Below are positions 1 to 9,922 of a DNA stretch of 64,000 nt, piece by piece. This DNA is from an uncultured Candidatus Bathyarchaeia archaeon (lineage in GTDB: Archaea; Thermoproteota; Bathyarchaeia; 40CM-2-53-6; CAVXDP01): the NCBI GenBank assembly GCA_964562925.1, contig CAZLVF010000004.1, forward strand, positions 1,955-65,954, written 5' to 3'. The notes under the pieces were generated by a model, which worked only from the letters and a program-made list of their open reading frames with translations, was not told the origin of the DNA and did not search any database. Position 1 is the first letter of the stretch; the number at the start of each line of letters is the position of its first letter. The position numbers and the translations under genes are program-made.

Positions 1-37
1 TTGGATCTATACACGTCTCCACGGCGATCCCCACCAA

Positions 38-1306
38 ATGGGTTTCCAGAATGGATACCTCTTGGCTCATGAGATAGAGAGTATGCTTGAAAGGATCAAA
101 CTATACGTTGAAGGCGCATACAAGCGGAACTGGCGGTTCTTTTGTGAAACAGGCATGCAATTATATTGGCCCAAACTCCCTGAGGAGTATAGAACAGAGA
201 TTAAAGGAGTAGTAGCTGGAACTCGAGCACGTCAAGTCAGTAATATTGGTTTGGAGGATATAGTTGCTCTTAACGGTTTCTTCGACACCGTATCGTACCA
301 TTACTGGTTGAGAGCTAAGGAAGGCCAGACCCCTAGCGCTTCCGGCGGAGAGGAACATTGTAGCGCCTTCATAGCTACGGGAGAATCGACAAAGGATGGA
401 AAGATAATCCTCGCTCACAACACTTGGTTCTGGTACCTCTGGGCGGTTGGGTACAATATCATCGTAGACGCGTCTCCCACAAGTGGAAACGAGTTCTTGA
501 TGCAAACCTGCCCGGGAATCATATGTAGCGGAACCGATTGGTACCTAAGCAAATCTGGACTCGTTGTCGCGGAGACGACGATAAGTGGAATGACAACCTT
601 CAACCCGCGCGGGACTCCATACTTTATGCGCGCCAGAAGAGCAATTCAGTACGCTAAGACCGTGGACGAATGGGTGACAACAATGGTCAAAGACAACAAC
701 GGAGGTTACGCTAATGATTGGCTTATCGGAGACATAAAGACAGGAGAAGTAGCATGCCTAGAGCTAGGGACGTTCAATTACGATCTGGATCGAACCTTTG
801 ATGGAGCGTTTATGGGAAGTAACGTGGCAACAAGTGAGAAAGTTCGGGGAGAGACGGCACTCGATTATGGTGAAATGTCTGCGTCGCATACGGCGCGTCG
901 AGAAAGATGGAAGCAGATTATGGAGTCTAGTAGAGGGATATTAGATGTAGGGGTCGCACGGAAGTTCCTAGCAGATCATCACGACACCCATTCGGGCAGT
1001 GAAAGGCCGAATCGAAATACAATCTGTGGACACGTGGAATTGGACAATAGAGGCTACCCTGAATGGGAGCAGAGACCATACTCACCGATGGGTGCTCACG
1101 ACGGGAAAGTTACGAGCGGCGACCTGGCATCTACAGGCGCGTTTTGGGCGCATTGGGGGGCACCCTGCGACACCCCCTTCATCGCAGACTCCTTTCTCAA
1201 TCAACACCCTGAACACAACTGGCAAAAACCTCGTTTGAGAAGTATCGAGCCATATCCATGGACATTGTTTTCAACCTACCCTAAGTGGGCGACCAGCAGG
1301 ATTTGA
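38..1306 (+). CDS. Ntn-hydrolase superfamily protein (peptidase C45 / acyl-CoA:6-APA acyltransferase / phospholipase-B-like). The frame is open to the window start, so the 5' end may be truncated.
   Basis: The GEEHCSAF segment places a putative N-terminal nucleophile Cys about 107 aa in, which is typical after propeptide autoproteolysis. The AHNTWFWY motif also fits. The reading frame is open upstream of position 38. Confidence 0.45.
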   Translation: MGFQNGYLLAHEIESMLERIKLYVEGAYKRNWRFFCETGMQLYWPKLPEEYRTEIKGVVAGTRARQVSNIGLEDIVALNGFFDTVSYHYWLRAKEGQTPSASGGEEHCSAFIATGESTKDGKIILAHNTWFWYLWAVGYNIIVDASPTSGNEFLMQTCPGIICSGTDWYLSKSGLVVAETTISGMTTFNPRGTPYFMRARRAIQYAKTVDEWVTTMVKDNNGGYANDWLIGDIKTGEVACLELGTFNYDLDRTFDGAFMGSNVATSEKVRGETALDYGEMSASHTARRERWKQIMESSRGILDVGVARKFLADHHDTHSGSERPNRNTICGHVELDNRGYPEWEQRPYSPMGAHDGKVTSGDLASTGAFWAHWGAPCDTPFIADSFLNQHPEHNWQKPRLRSIEPYPWTLFSTYPKWATSRI

Positions 1307-1607
1307 AAGTGATTCTGGACAAACTCCCCCAATTCTAGGTACTCAATTGGCGATTTTGCAGCAAACTCTGTCAAGATGGCGTAGTATTCAATAAACACTA
1401 TGAGAAGTAAGAAGATCGTATCTGGCCGAACGACGGCTTGTTAGAGAACCCGTTGAAAACGATGCGCGACTGAGCAAGAATAGGAGACTCGGCTCTAGAT
1501 AGATTGTACAAGAGAGACGGGCTAGAGAGACCAGAGAGAACTTCGTCGATGCCGTTAGCGAGGAATCAAAGTTTCCTTTTTTCTCTCCGTTAGGCCGATA
1601 CTGGGGA

Positions 1608-3224
1608 CTACTCAGGCGGGATCTCCCTGAACGCAAGTGATATGTCTATTCCTTCTGTACGCATTCTGTAGTATTTGAAAGCGAAGTAGACGATGGCAGC
1701 AAAAATCCCGAGCGCAACTAGTGTCGGCACGTTCTGAGTGCCCCCGAGCTCAGGCACGCCCAAGTTTACGGCGATGAACCATCCCATCGAAATAACTCCG
1801 AGTATTCCAGCAACTGTGATTAGTGGAATACCTCCGACTACATATTTCGCAGCTGGCGAAGCCTTGTACACACTTTTTAGCCTATATGGAAATACGGTTG
1901 CTGACAGGCATCCACAGAACCAAAGTGCAGCTTGCCCCGCGACCATGAAAGCCCAGTAGTGCCAGAAGGCGGGGTAGAAGTATGTCATTGTCTGCCACAC
2001 TAAACCACCCGCGGCCAAGACTAGGTATCCCACAAGGGGGATGTGGAACCGTGGGTGCACATATGCCAATTTCCTTGGAAGTACCCCGTCGAACGCCATG
2101 GCGAAGATGTATCTTACCGGAAGCACGTTGTTCATAGAGTTCGAGTAGAGAGCTCCGAAAGAAAATCCAACACCAACTACCACTGAAACCAGAGAAAGAG
2201 CAGATTCTCCCAAAGCCATGCCCGGCAGGTAGGTAGATGTGAAGGCCCAATAAAATGGTAAAGTATCCACAAGTTCATTCCCTTCGTTACCTAGGTAGAA
2301 TATTGCAGTGTGTATCTCGGACGCGAGACTTGTGTATAGAGTAAAATAAACTGAAACGAGTACGGCGGCCACTACCAAGGGAATGAACATCATAAATATG
2401 TTCGACTTCGCGCGTTCAGCGTTCTTTATCTCCCCCACCAAGGGCAACGCAGCCCAAGCAAAGATCGTGATTCCTGAGGCGCCCATTGCACCTACAACCA
2501 TTGTGTCGTATGCGTTGTACGGTTCCCCAAAAGGCAAAATCCCTGTCCAACCAGCGGCCTTCGCCGTGTCGATGAAGTTTTGATAGGCGCCAGCGCCCAT
2601 CATCGCATTGAAGCCCGAAATCAGGGAAGAGCGATCCAAGGAAAGCAACATCGAAATCATTGTAAGGTTTACTATCAGCGCCAATATAGCTACAAATATT
2701 CCAATTTGGCCTGTTCTCTTTATCCCCCACACAATGATCGCGAGAGGACCAATCGTTCCCACGGCGGTTAGTATTTCGAGCCCTATCCCACTACTAGCCC
2801 ACGCCGCGGCTTCGACGAATCCGAAGCCATTCAGAAGTGTTGATACGCCAGTTGTTGCGAAAACCCAGCCGTTGAAGGTCAACCAAGGACAGAAGATTAC
2901 TGCGAACATGAATCCGACTACTATGCCCAAAACGGAGTTGATTGTCCGGCTGACCCACACGTAATCCCCGCTACTCCGAGGCATAGCACTCATCATCAAG
3001 CCATACGCTACTATTGGAGGGATACCCATAACCACCGAGATCAGTATAGCTAAGGGGAGATTCGCGTGTGGGAAGAGCAGCGTAGCCATCGAATAGTAGC
3101 CAGGCAACGAGACCGGTACCGCCATGAACGGCCACACCGCGTTGAAGAAGCCCGTATAACCTTGCGTGAATTCCCTGACAAGTCCACTTGACGGTCTAGC
3201 AAAAGCGAAACTCTTTTCCGTCAA
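1608..3224 (-). CDS. APC-superfamily amino acid/polyamine permease
   Basis: 538 aa with about 12 predicted TM helices. It is a paralog of ORF 41524..43161: the N-terminal SGDY(V/I)W motif and the C-terminal GIDxxLxFREIPxE motif are shared. Confidence 0.7.
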   Translation of the reverse strand: MTEKSFAFARPSSGLVREFTQGYTGFFNAVWPFMAVPVSLPGYYSMATLLFPHANLPLAILISVVMGIPPIVAYGLMMSAMPRSSGDYVWVSRTINSVLGIVVGFMFAVIFCPWLTFNGWVFATTGVSTLLNGFGFVEAAAWASSGIGLEILTAVGTIGPLAIIVWGIKRTGQIGIFVAILALIVNLTMISMLLSLDRSSLISGFNAMMGAGAYQNFIDTAKAAGWTGILPFGEPYNAYDTMVVGAMGASGITIFAWAALPLVGEIKNAERAKSNIFMMFIPLVVAAVLVSVYFTLYTSLASEIHTAIFYLGNEGNELVDTLPFYWAFTSTYLPGMALGESALSLVSVVVGVGFSFGALYSNSMNNVLPVRYIFAMAFDGVLPRKLAYVHPRFHIPLVGYLVLAAGGLVWQTMTYFYPAFWHYWAFMVAGQAALWFCGCLSATVFPYRLKSVYKASPAAKYVVGGIPLITVAGILGVISMGWFIAVNLGVPELGGTQNVPTLVALGIFAAIVYFAFKYYRMRTEGIDISLAFREIPPE

Positions 3225-3305
3225 AACCCTTTCACACGATGTTGGCCTCGGTTAGTATTTAACACTTGGCAAACAATTCTCCCTTAGGGGCGGAACAACA
3301 AAGAC

Positions 3306-4262
3306 ATGAAAAGGATTCTCTACGCAACCGATGTGCACGGATCAGAAAGGTGCTTTATGAAGCTTCTGAATGGCGGAAAACTGTACAAGGCCCATGCCAT
3401 TATTCTGGGCGGCGACATCACAGGAAAAATGATTATTCCAATAGTACAAAGCCAAGATGGGTCATATTACACGCAATTCCTTGGGCAAGATTGGAACATA
3501 GAAACGCAGGAACAGCTAGCTGAACTGGAAAGAAGCATAGTGAATTCGGGCTTCTACCCTTATCGAACTAGTCAAACTGAGTTCGAAGGACTCGTTACCG
3601 ACCGTTCAAGAATGGATGAGTTGTTCAAGCGGCTGATCCTTGAAAGACTGAGATCGTGGCTACGTCTAGCCAAGGAACGTTTGCAGGATACGGACATAAA
3701 ACTCTACGTTACAGGGGGTAATGATGACCATCCCTTTATTCATCCCGTTCTAGAAGAAGATGGTTTTGTAGTGAATCCTGAAGATAGGGTCGTAAACATA
3801 GATGAGTATCATGAGATGATCAGTCTTGGCTACGCCAATATAACCCCTTGGAAATGTCCCAGAGATATTCCTGAGGAGGACCTTACCGACAAGATCGACG
3901 CACTTGCAAATCAAGTCAGAGACATGAGTAACTGCGTCTTCAACTTTCATGTGCCCCCGATCGACTCGGAGATCGACGCCGCCCCCATGCTGGACACCAC
4001 CACATATCCTCCGAAGGTCATCGCGTCCGGCGGCTCTCCAGTGATGATCGGAGCCGGCAGCGGAGCGGTTCGTAGAGCGATCGAAACCTACCAACCTCTG
4101 TTGGGATTGCATGGTCATATCCACGAATCAAGAGGCTTCTTCAAGATCGGGAGAACCTTATGCATTAACCCGGGCAGTGAGTATGGAGAAGGAATACTCC
4201 GGGCGGTCATAGTGAATCTTGAGAAAGACAAAGTGAAAGGGTACCAATTCGTTTCAGGGTAA
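3306..4262 (+). CDS. Calcineurin-like metallophosphoesterase
   Basis: The metallophosphoesterase motifs are all present: DVHG (DxH), GGDITG (GD), GGNDDH (GNH[DE]-like), and GLHGHIHES (GHxH). Confidence 0.7.
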   Translation: MKRILYATDVHGSERCFMKLLNGGKLYKAHAIILGGDITGKMIIPIVQSQDGSYYTQFLGQDWNIETQEQLAELERSIVNSGFYPYRTSQTEFEGLVTDRSRMDELFKRLILERLRSWLRLAKERLQDTDIKLYVTGGNDDHPFIHPVLEEDGFVVNPEDRVVNIDEYHEMISLGYANITPWKCPRDIPEEDLTDKIDALANQVRDMSNCVFNFHVPPIDSEIDAAPMLDTTTYPPKVIASGGSPVMIGAGSGAVRRAIETYQPLLGLHGHIHESRGFFKIGRTLCINPGSEYGEGILRAVIVNLEKDKVKGYQFVSG

Positions 4263-4271
4263 AGAACCAGG

Positions 4272-5054
4272 TTGGAGGAGAGGATGGCCCAGACGACTAG
4301 GGACATGGACCTTGTGCAGAAAGCCAAAGAGATAGTAGATGCGGGCAAACAGGTCGGAGTGCCCATAAGAATTCTAGGCGCCATAGCTACAAGACTGCAT
4401 TGCTCCGTAGACTCTACGTCGGGCTTGAAGAGAGAACTGTCAGATATTGACCTCATGGCCTATGGCAGATTTCGAGAGCAGATAAAACGGCTGCTACTAG
4501 ACCTAGGGTATACCCCGAATGAGAGGTTCATAGCATTATATGGGCATCTGCGATTCATATTCTACGATAAAGACAAGAACACAATAGATGTCTTCTTCGA
4601 CAAGCTCCCAATGTGCCACACTATTGATTTTGCGGGAAGGCTTGAACTTGACTATCCCACAATCACACTATCGGATTTAATGCTGACAAAGTTACAAATT
4701 GTTCAATTCGAAGAGAAGGACTTCAAGGATCTAGTTTGTATATTGAGAGAGCATGAGGTTGGGACAACAGATCAGGAGACAGTAAACGCAAATCGTATTG
4801 CGGACGTGCTAGCCAAAGATTGGGGTTTCTACTACACAGTAACCTCAAATCTGAAAAAGGTTGAAGATGCCCTAGACCAGCCCAATATGACAAGCCACGA
4901 CAAAGAAACCGTGAAGGGCAGAATCGAAGAAATATTAGAATGTATGGAAACGGTCCCTAAGGACCTGAGTTGGCGCATACGTGCCAAAGTCGGAACGAAG
5001 AAGAAGTGGTATACAGAGATCGAGTACCGAGAGAACTACGACCAATCTAGATAG
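4272..5054 (+). CDS. Putative Pol-beta-superfamily nucleotidyltransferase, 10 bp downstream of the phosphoesterase
   Basis: It has a GAIATRLH...SDIDLMAY core (hG[GS]...DhDh) and a third acidic residue in TIDVFFD, followed by a helical C-terminal domain. The call rests on motifs only. Confidence 0.4.
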   Translation: MEERMAQTTRDMDLVQKAKEIVDAGKQVGVPIRILGAIATRLHCSVDSTSGLKRELSDIDLMAYGRFREQIKRLLLDLGYTPNERFIALYGHLRFIFYDKDKNTIDVFFDKLPMCHTIDFAGRLELDYPTITLSDLMLTKLQIVQFEEKDFKDLVCILREHEVGTTDQETVNANRIADVLAKDWGFYYTVTSNLKKVEDALDQPNMTSHDKETVKGRIEEILECMETVPKDLSWRIRAKVGTKKKWYTEIEYRENYDQSR

Positions 5055-5204
5055 ACAACTGGATTGTCAACAACTTTGTACTGCCTCTCTTGACGATTCT
5101 AGAGCCGTGTCCTCCCCTCGAGGTCGAAAGGCTCCTGCGACTTTCAGGTAATCATATGAGTCACAATTTGGCGCAGTGATTCATGAATCTGCTGGTGAAT
5201 ACAG

Positions 5205-6245
5205 ATGTCTGACTGGGAGAAGACGTTGGATGAATATGGCTTGAAGATTGAGCAGAGGTTATCGGGCTTTCTGAAGAATGAGGCTAAGGACGCGGTCGGC
5301 TATCACAGTTTCGTTGGAAGACTCTACTTGGACCTCTATGATTATGTATTCAGAGGTGGGAAAAGGCTGGCTTTGTGTAGTACCCTTCTCACCTATAGAG
5401 GGTTTACTGGCGAGGTCGATGATCGAATCCTAGATGTTTGTGTGGGGATTGAGCTCTACCGCCACGCGATACTAGTACATGACGATCTGGTTGATGATGA
5501 TGAGTTACGGCGTGGAGCCGGAACCATTCACAAGATGTATTCTCAGGAGAAGAATTCACGGTTTGGAAATGGTATGGCGGTCTTTGCGGGAAATATCTTG
5601 TACACCTTGGCCTTGAAAGCGTTTGGCGGTTCAGGCTTGCTTTCGGACAAGATTGTTGAAGTCTTGAAGCTGCTGAATGATGCTTTTCAATCAGTGAATG
5701 AAAGCCAAATTCTAGATCTTCTCTTCGAGTACAAGACGCCAGACGTAGATGAATGGTATGTCATGGCCTCAAAGCGAGCCGCATCGCTCTTCAAAGCCTC
5801 GTTACGCATAGGCGCAGTCTTAGCAGACGCCTCAGACAGAGATGTCAAATTGTTATGTGATGCGGCTGAGCATATAGGCTACTGCTTCGACATCCAAGAC
5901 GATATCATCGATACATTCGCAACAGAAGAGCAGTATGGTAGAAAGCCTGGCGGAGATCTATCCAAACATAAGAAGCCGCTCCACATCGTCTACACGTATA
6001 GAATGGCGAATCAATCACAGCTGCAAACATTTGAGAACGGTATTTGCAAAGATCCTTTAGATCTGGCTGTGATAAGAAGGATAGTATCAGATTGTGGGGC
6101 CCTGGAAGCAGCTAAGAACCATTCGAGAACGCATGCTGACTCAGCTAAGAGATTGATTTCAGAGACAACTATGAGCAAAGACGTCAAGAGCTTCTTTATC
6201 TCGTTCATCGACTACGTGAAAGACAGCCTCAACTGGTACAGGTAG
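5205..6245 (+). CDS. idsA: trans-Polyprenyl (geranylgeranyl) diphosphate synthase
   Basis: Two Asp-rich motifs are present: LVHDDLVDDDELRRG (first) and FDIQDDIID (second). Confidence 0.8.
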   Translation: MSDWEKTLDEYGLKIEQRLSGFLKNEAKDAVGYHSFVGRLYLDLYDYVFRGGKRLALCSTLLTYRGFTGEVDDRILDVCVGIELYRHAILVHDDLVDDDELRRGAGTIHKMYSQEKNSRFGNGMAVFAGNILYTLALKAFGGSGLLSDKIVEVLKLLNDAFQSVNESQILDLLFEYKTPDVDEWYVMASKRAASLFKASLRIGAVLADASDRDVKLLCDAAEHIGYCFDIQDDIIDTFATEEQYGRKPGGDLSKHKKPLHIVYTYRMANQSQLQTFENGICKDPLDLAVIRRIVSDCGALEAAKNHSRTHADSAKRLISETTMSKDVKSFFISFIDYVKDSLNWYR

Positions 6246-6469
6246 ACGCATATTTCTTTGGCTGCCGGTTTGACATTTCAATGGTCAAGGGAGCTTTGAA
6301 CCAAGCCAGAGCCATGCCATCCGATGGCATGAGAGCTAGGTTAATGTGCGGAAGTCCATTACACAACTGTTAGAACCTGTGAAATTTTCAAAATCAAGCA
6401 TGGGCTCGTTGGTACGTGGATCGATCAGAACGAGATTTTTAAGCGAAGGTTGAGCATCTATCGATAGCA

Positions 6470-6874
6470 ATGATTTCAGAAATTGAATTGATCTTTAGAA
6501 TTGTTCTAGCCTTTGTACTTGGCGGGCTTATCGGCTTTGAGAGGGAGAGACTTGACAAGCCTGCTGGACTTAGAACTCACATACTAGTGTCCGTGGGGTC
6601 AGCTCAGTTCACGATCCTATCGTTCTACGCATTTCCAGGCAGCGACCCAGCCCGTATAGCGGCCTATGTAGTTGCGGGTATTGGTTTTATTGGAGCAGGC
6701 ACCATAATTCAAGCTCGAGACAGAGTTATTGGAGTAACCACGGCCGCATCTCTCTGGATAGCATCTTCTGTGGGAATGGCTGTGGGGATAGGCTTCTACT
6801 TGGCCGCTGTGGTGGTCACGGTGATCTCCTATCTAACATTGAAGCTAAGATGGGTAGAAAGGAAGTTAGCATAG
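6470..6874 (+). CDS. MgtC/SapB family membrane protein
   Basis: N-terminal LAFVLGGLIGFERE and GLRTHILV signature; about 4 TM helices. Confidence 0.65.
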   Translation: MISEIELIFRIVLAFVLGGLIGFERERLDKPAGLRTHILVSVGSAQFTILSFYAFPGSDPARIAAYVVAGIGFIGAGTIIQARDRVIGVTTAASLWIASSVGMAVGIGFYLAAVVVTVISYLTLKLRWVERKLA

Positions 6875-7339
6875 AGGTCAACCATACACGATCTCAGTTG
6901 TTCTAGACAACTTTGCTAGTGTAAGGTAGCAGTCTGATCCTACTAGTGATGGACTCCCGAAGCCCCCCTCCTCGACGAGATAACTGATACCAAGAACCCT
7001 CTGTAAACGGGTCGATGCAGATAGAGAGAGGATGCCCACGATGATGAAGCTTCTGCAGCGTCACGTTGACAGCTCTCCGCTGGTATCCGTTTGAAGAAAT
7101 AGAGGGAGCTAAGGGTTAACAGTCAGGCAGGTGTCAGGAGAGGTATCCTACACGGTGAAGATGTCTTTTCTCTACGGTTCTAGGACCACAGCCACGAATA
7201 GCGAGAGGATATTGGAGTTGCGCAGGCTGACGAGTACGGCTGTGAACAGTGGAGCAAGCAATAAATATTCAGTTCCTTACTGAGAGGGCCACGACATGGG
7301 CTGCAGATATCCATTCCAACTCGAAGCGATGATAGGCCT

Positions 7340-7969
7340 TTGATACTGGAACTTATGGCTTCGTACGGCTACCTAGGCGTTCTGCTTCTAGTTTTAGCAA
7401 TAAATCTCTTACCGTTCGCCTCTCCCTCTAACCTCTTTCTCGCAGGGGCGATCGCCTACTTTACCGGAATCGGCCCAGCTACCGTAGCGTTCTTGGTATC
7501 AACTGGCGCAACTTCAGCCAAACTCGTTCACTATTACTTCGCTGCAATCATAGGCAAGCGAGTCAACAGCTCAAGAGGTAAACTCGCCAAGTACGGTGAA
7601 ACGATCGGGCGATGGGGAGCTTTAGGAGCGTTCATAGCAGCCGCAACGCCTCTCCCCGACGACCCGGTCGTCATACCTCTCGGATTAGTCAGGTACAACA
7701 CGCTAAGATTCGTCATTTCCTACTTTCTTGGAAAACTGATGATCACGCTACTCGGCGCCTACATAGTGAAGGCCACCGCGATAACACTTGAGACGATCTT
7801 TGGAAACAGCGCGTCTATAGCGGGCTCGATCATCGTCTCGATCTTGGCTATAACAATTCTACTCAAGATCGACCCCGTCAAGATGCGCGAGTACGTATCA
7901 AAGCTGCGCAGCAAACAAAACAAACAACAGGCGAAGCGCCTCGAGAATATCAGTGAGACGTTGACCTAA
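7340..7969 (+). CDS. DedA/TVP38 (VTT domain) membrane protein
   Basis: Hydrophobic profile and a PLPDDPVVIPLGL-type VTT motif. Confidence 0.5.
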   Translation: MILELMASYGYLGVLLLVLAINLLPFASPSNLFLAGAIAYFTGIGPATVAFLVSTGATSAKLVHYYFAAIIGKRVNSSRGKLAKYGETIGRWGALGAFIAAATPLPDDPVVIPLGLVRYNTLRFVISYFLGKLMITLLGAYIVKATAITLETIFGNSASIAGSIIVSILAITILLKIDPVKMREYVSKLRSKQNKQQAKRLENISETLT

Positions 7970-8115
7970 CCGAGGACACTTAGGATTCTATCTCGTTTCG
8001 TCATCGATCTTGTGGACTTGGCTTCAAACGGAATCATCTGTCTTGGCTGACTAAGGCCTGTTCAACTGTTAAGGTCTAGAAGTAATGCAAATAGGTTGGT
8101 CCATTTGACATACGT

Positions 8116-9099
8116 TTGGTCTGTAGGTTGGAGAATGTAATAGAGACTCTTGATCTAACAAAACGGTTTAAGGATCTCACCGCGGTCGATCATATCAACT
8201 TGAAGATCAGACATCGAGAGATCTTCGGCCTGCTTGGACCCAACGGCGCAGGTAAGACCACAACGATCTCGATGTTATGCACAATTCTAAAACCGACGGA
8301 GGGAACTGCCACTGTCAATGGTTACGACATACTCAATGAACCTCACATGGTCAGGAAATCTATCGGAATAGTATTTCAACAGCCCAGTGTGGACGACATC
8401 CTTACAGGCAGAGAGAACCTTCGCCTTCACGCGATGTGGTACGGCGTCCCGAAAGAGGTGCGTGTCAAGAGAATAGACGAGGTTCTGAAGTTGGTCGGCC
8501 TCGAATCTCGTCAACACAGTCTAGTCAAGACATACTCTGGAGGAATGAGAAGGCGTTTAGAGCTTGCACGGGGGCTTCTCCATCTTCCTGAAGTATTGTT
8601 TCTAGATGAGCCGACATTGGGGCTCGACCCGCAGACACGTGAACATATCTGGGAGTACATAGAGAGCCTCCCTGAGGAACGTGAGATGACGATCGTCCTC
8701 ACAACACACTACATGGAAGAGGCTGACAAGCTCTGTGATAGGATCGCTATAATCGATGAGGGAAAGATCATCGTCATGGACGACCCTGAAAGCCTCAAGG
8801 AAAAGGTCGGTGGAGACCTCGTCTGTCTCAAGACCGCGACCGTTACCGTTGATCGGTTGAAGAAGATAGATAGCGTAAGCAAGGTCGAGGCTAAAAATGG
8901 CTATATCGTCTTAACCGTCAAGAACGCAAGCCAAAACCTCAAAGAGATCCTTGACAGTGCTGGAAAGATTGAGAGCGTCGAGATAAGATCTGCCAGCCTG
9001 AATGACGTCTTCCTAAGTTACACCGGTAAAGAGATCAGAACCGAGACCGGTGAGGGAGGAATCTTTGAGCGAGTGATGCGGGAGAGGTCTTCGAGATGA
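8116..9099 (+). CDS. ABC transporter ATP-binding protein (ABC-2/DrrA-type) with a C-terminal accessory domain
   Basis: Walker A GPNGAGKTT, signature SGGMRRR, Walker B LFLDEPT. Confidence 0.85.
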   Translation: MVCRLENVIETLDLTKRFKDLTAVDHINLKIRHREIFGLLGPNGAGKTTTISMLCTILKPTEGTATVNGYDILNEPHMVRKSIGIVFQQPSVDDILTGRENLRLHAMWYGVPKEVRVKRIDEVLKLVGLESRQHSLVKTYSGGMRRRLELARGLLHLPEVLFLDEPTLGLDPQTREHIWEYIESLPEEREMTIVLTTHYMEEADKLCDRIAIIDEGKIIVMDDPESLKEKVGGDLVCLKTATVTVDRLKKIDSVSKVEAKNGYIVLTVKNASQNLKEILDSAGKIESVEIRSASLNDVFLSYTGKEIRTETGEGGIFERVMRERSSR

Positions 9100-9842
9100 G
9101 CCGAGCCGAGGGGATATATGGGCTCTGGTTAAGAGAATTCAAAGTGTTTACACGAGAGAGGTCGAGAGTCCTAACCTCGATCTTCACCCCGATACTCTGG
9201 ATATTCGTGTTTGGAGGAGGGCTAGGGTCGGTTGTGGATATCGGAGGGGTAAATTACCAAGTATTTATCTACCCAGGTATTCTGGCGATGAGCGTTCTCT
9301 TCACATCGGTCTTCTATGGAGTTTACATCGTCTGGGATAGAAGGATCGACATACTCAAAGAGGTTCTCGTGGCCCCGCTCTCTAGAACATCAATATTTGT
9401 CGGCAAGGTTCTTGGTGGATGCACAGACTCGATGATTCAAGCCTCCGTTATGCTTCTGATAAGCTTCGCAGTGGGGGTAACCCTTTCTACCACAGCATTC
9501 ATCCTGGCTCTTCTGCTCCTCTTCTTGTTGACTCTGAGCCTAGTAAGCACCGGCCTGGTAATAGGCTCACTTATGGAGAGCCCTGAAGGGTTCAACATGG
9601 TTGTCAGCTTTCTTGTCTTTCCCCTCTTCTTCTTCAGTGGCGCCCTCTATCCCTTGGACAATCTTCCAACTTGGCTTTCAGCGATAACTTACATCGACCC
9701 CGTAACATATGGCGTCGATGGACTAAGAACTGTCATCATAGGAGTTTCAAGGTTTCCATTCTACATAGATCTGGCGGTCCTTGTAGTGTTCGCTGTGATC
9801 ATGTTCACTGTGGGAACGAAGGCATTCGAGCATATGAAGTAA
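9096..9842 (+). CDS. ABC-2 family permease
   Basis: Six TM helices. It overlaps the ATPase stop by 4 bp (ATGA), consistent with translational coupling. Confidence 0.75.
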   Translation: MSRAEGIYGLWLREFKVFTRERSRVLTSIFTPILWIFVFGGGLGSVVDIGGVNYQVFIYPGILAMSVLFTSVFYGVYIVWDRRIDILKEVLVAPLSRTSIFVGKVLGGCTDSMIQASVMLLISFAVGVTLSTTAFILALLLLFLLTLSLVSTGLVIGSLMESPEGFNMVVSFLVFPLFFFSGALYPLDNLPTWLSAITYIDPVTYGVDGLRTVIIGVSRFPFYIDLAVLVVFAVIMFTVGTKAFEHMK

Positions 9843-9922
9843 GACTTCAGACCAGACGTGAGTCAGAATGTGAGGTGCGCCTTTTGATATTGAGAAGACA
9901 GAGAGTGTAGGCTCGAGGAAGT

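Noticed and set aside
161-603. Antisense ORFs 161..505 and 415..603 inside the Ntn-hydrolase gene. Many other 60–170-aa ORFs antisense to strong genes also appear, for example 18095..18604, 36371..36916, 47503..47874 and 48989..49648.
   Set aside because: They lie wholly within, and antisense to, longer ORFs that have clear conserved motifs. They also have low-complexity composition typical of spurious frames.
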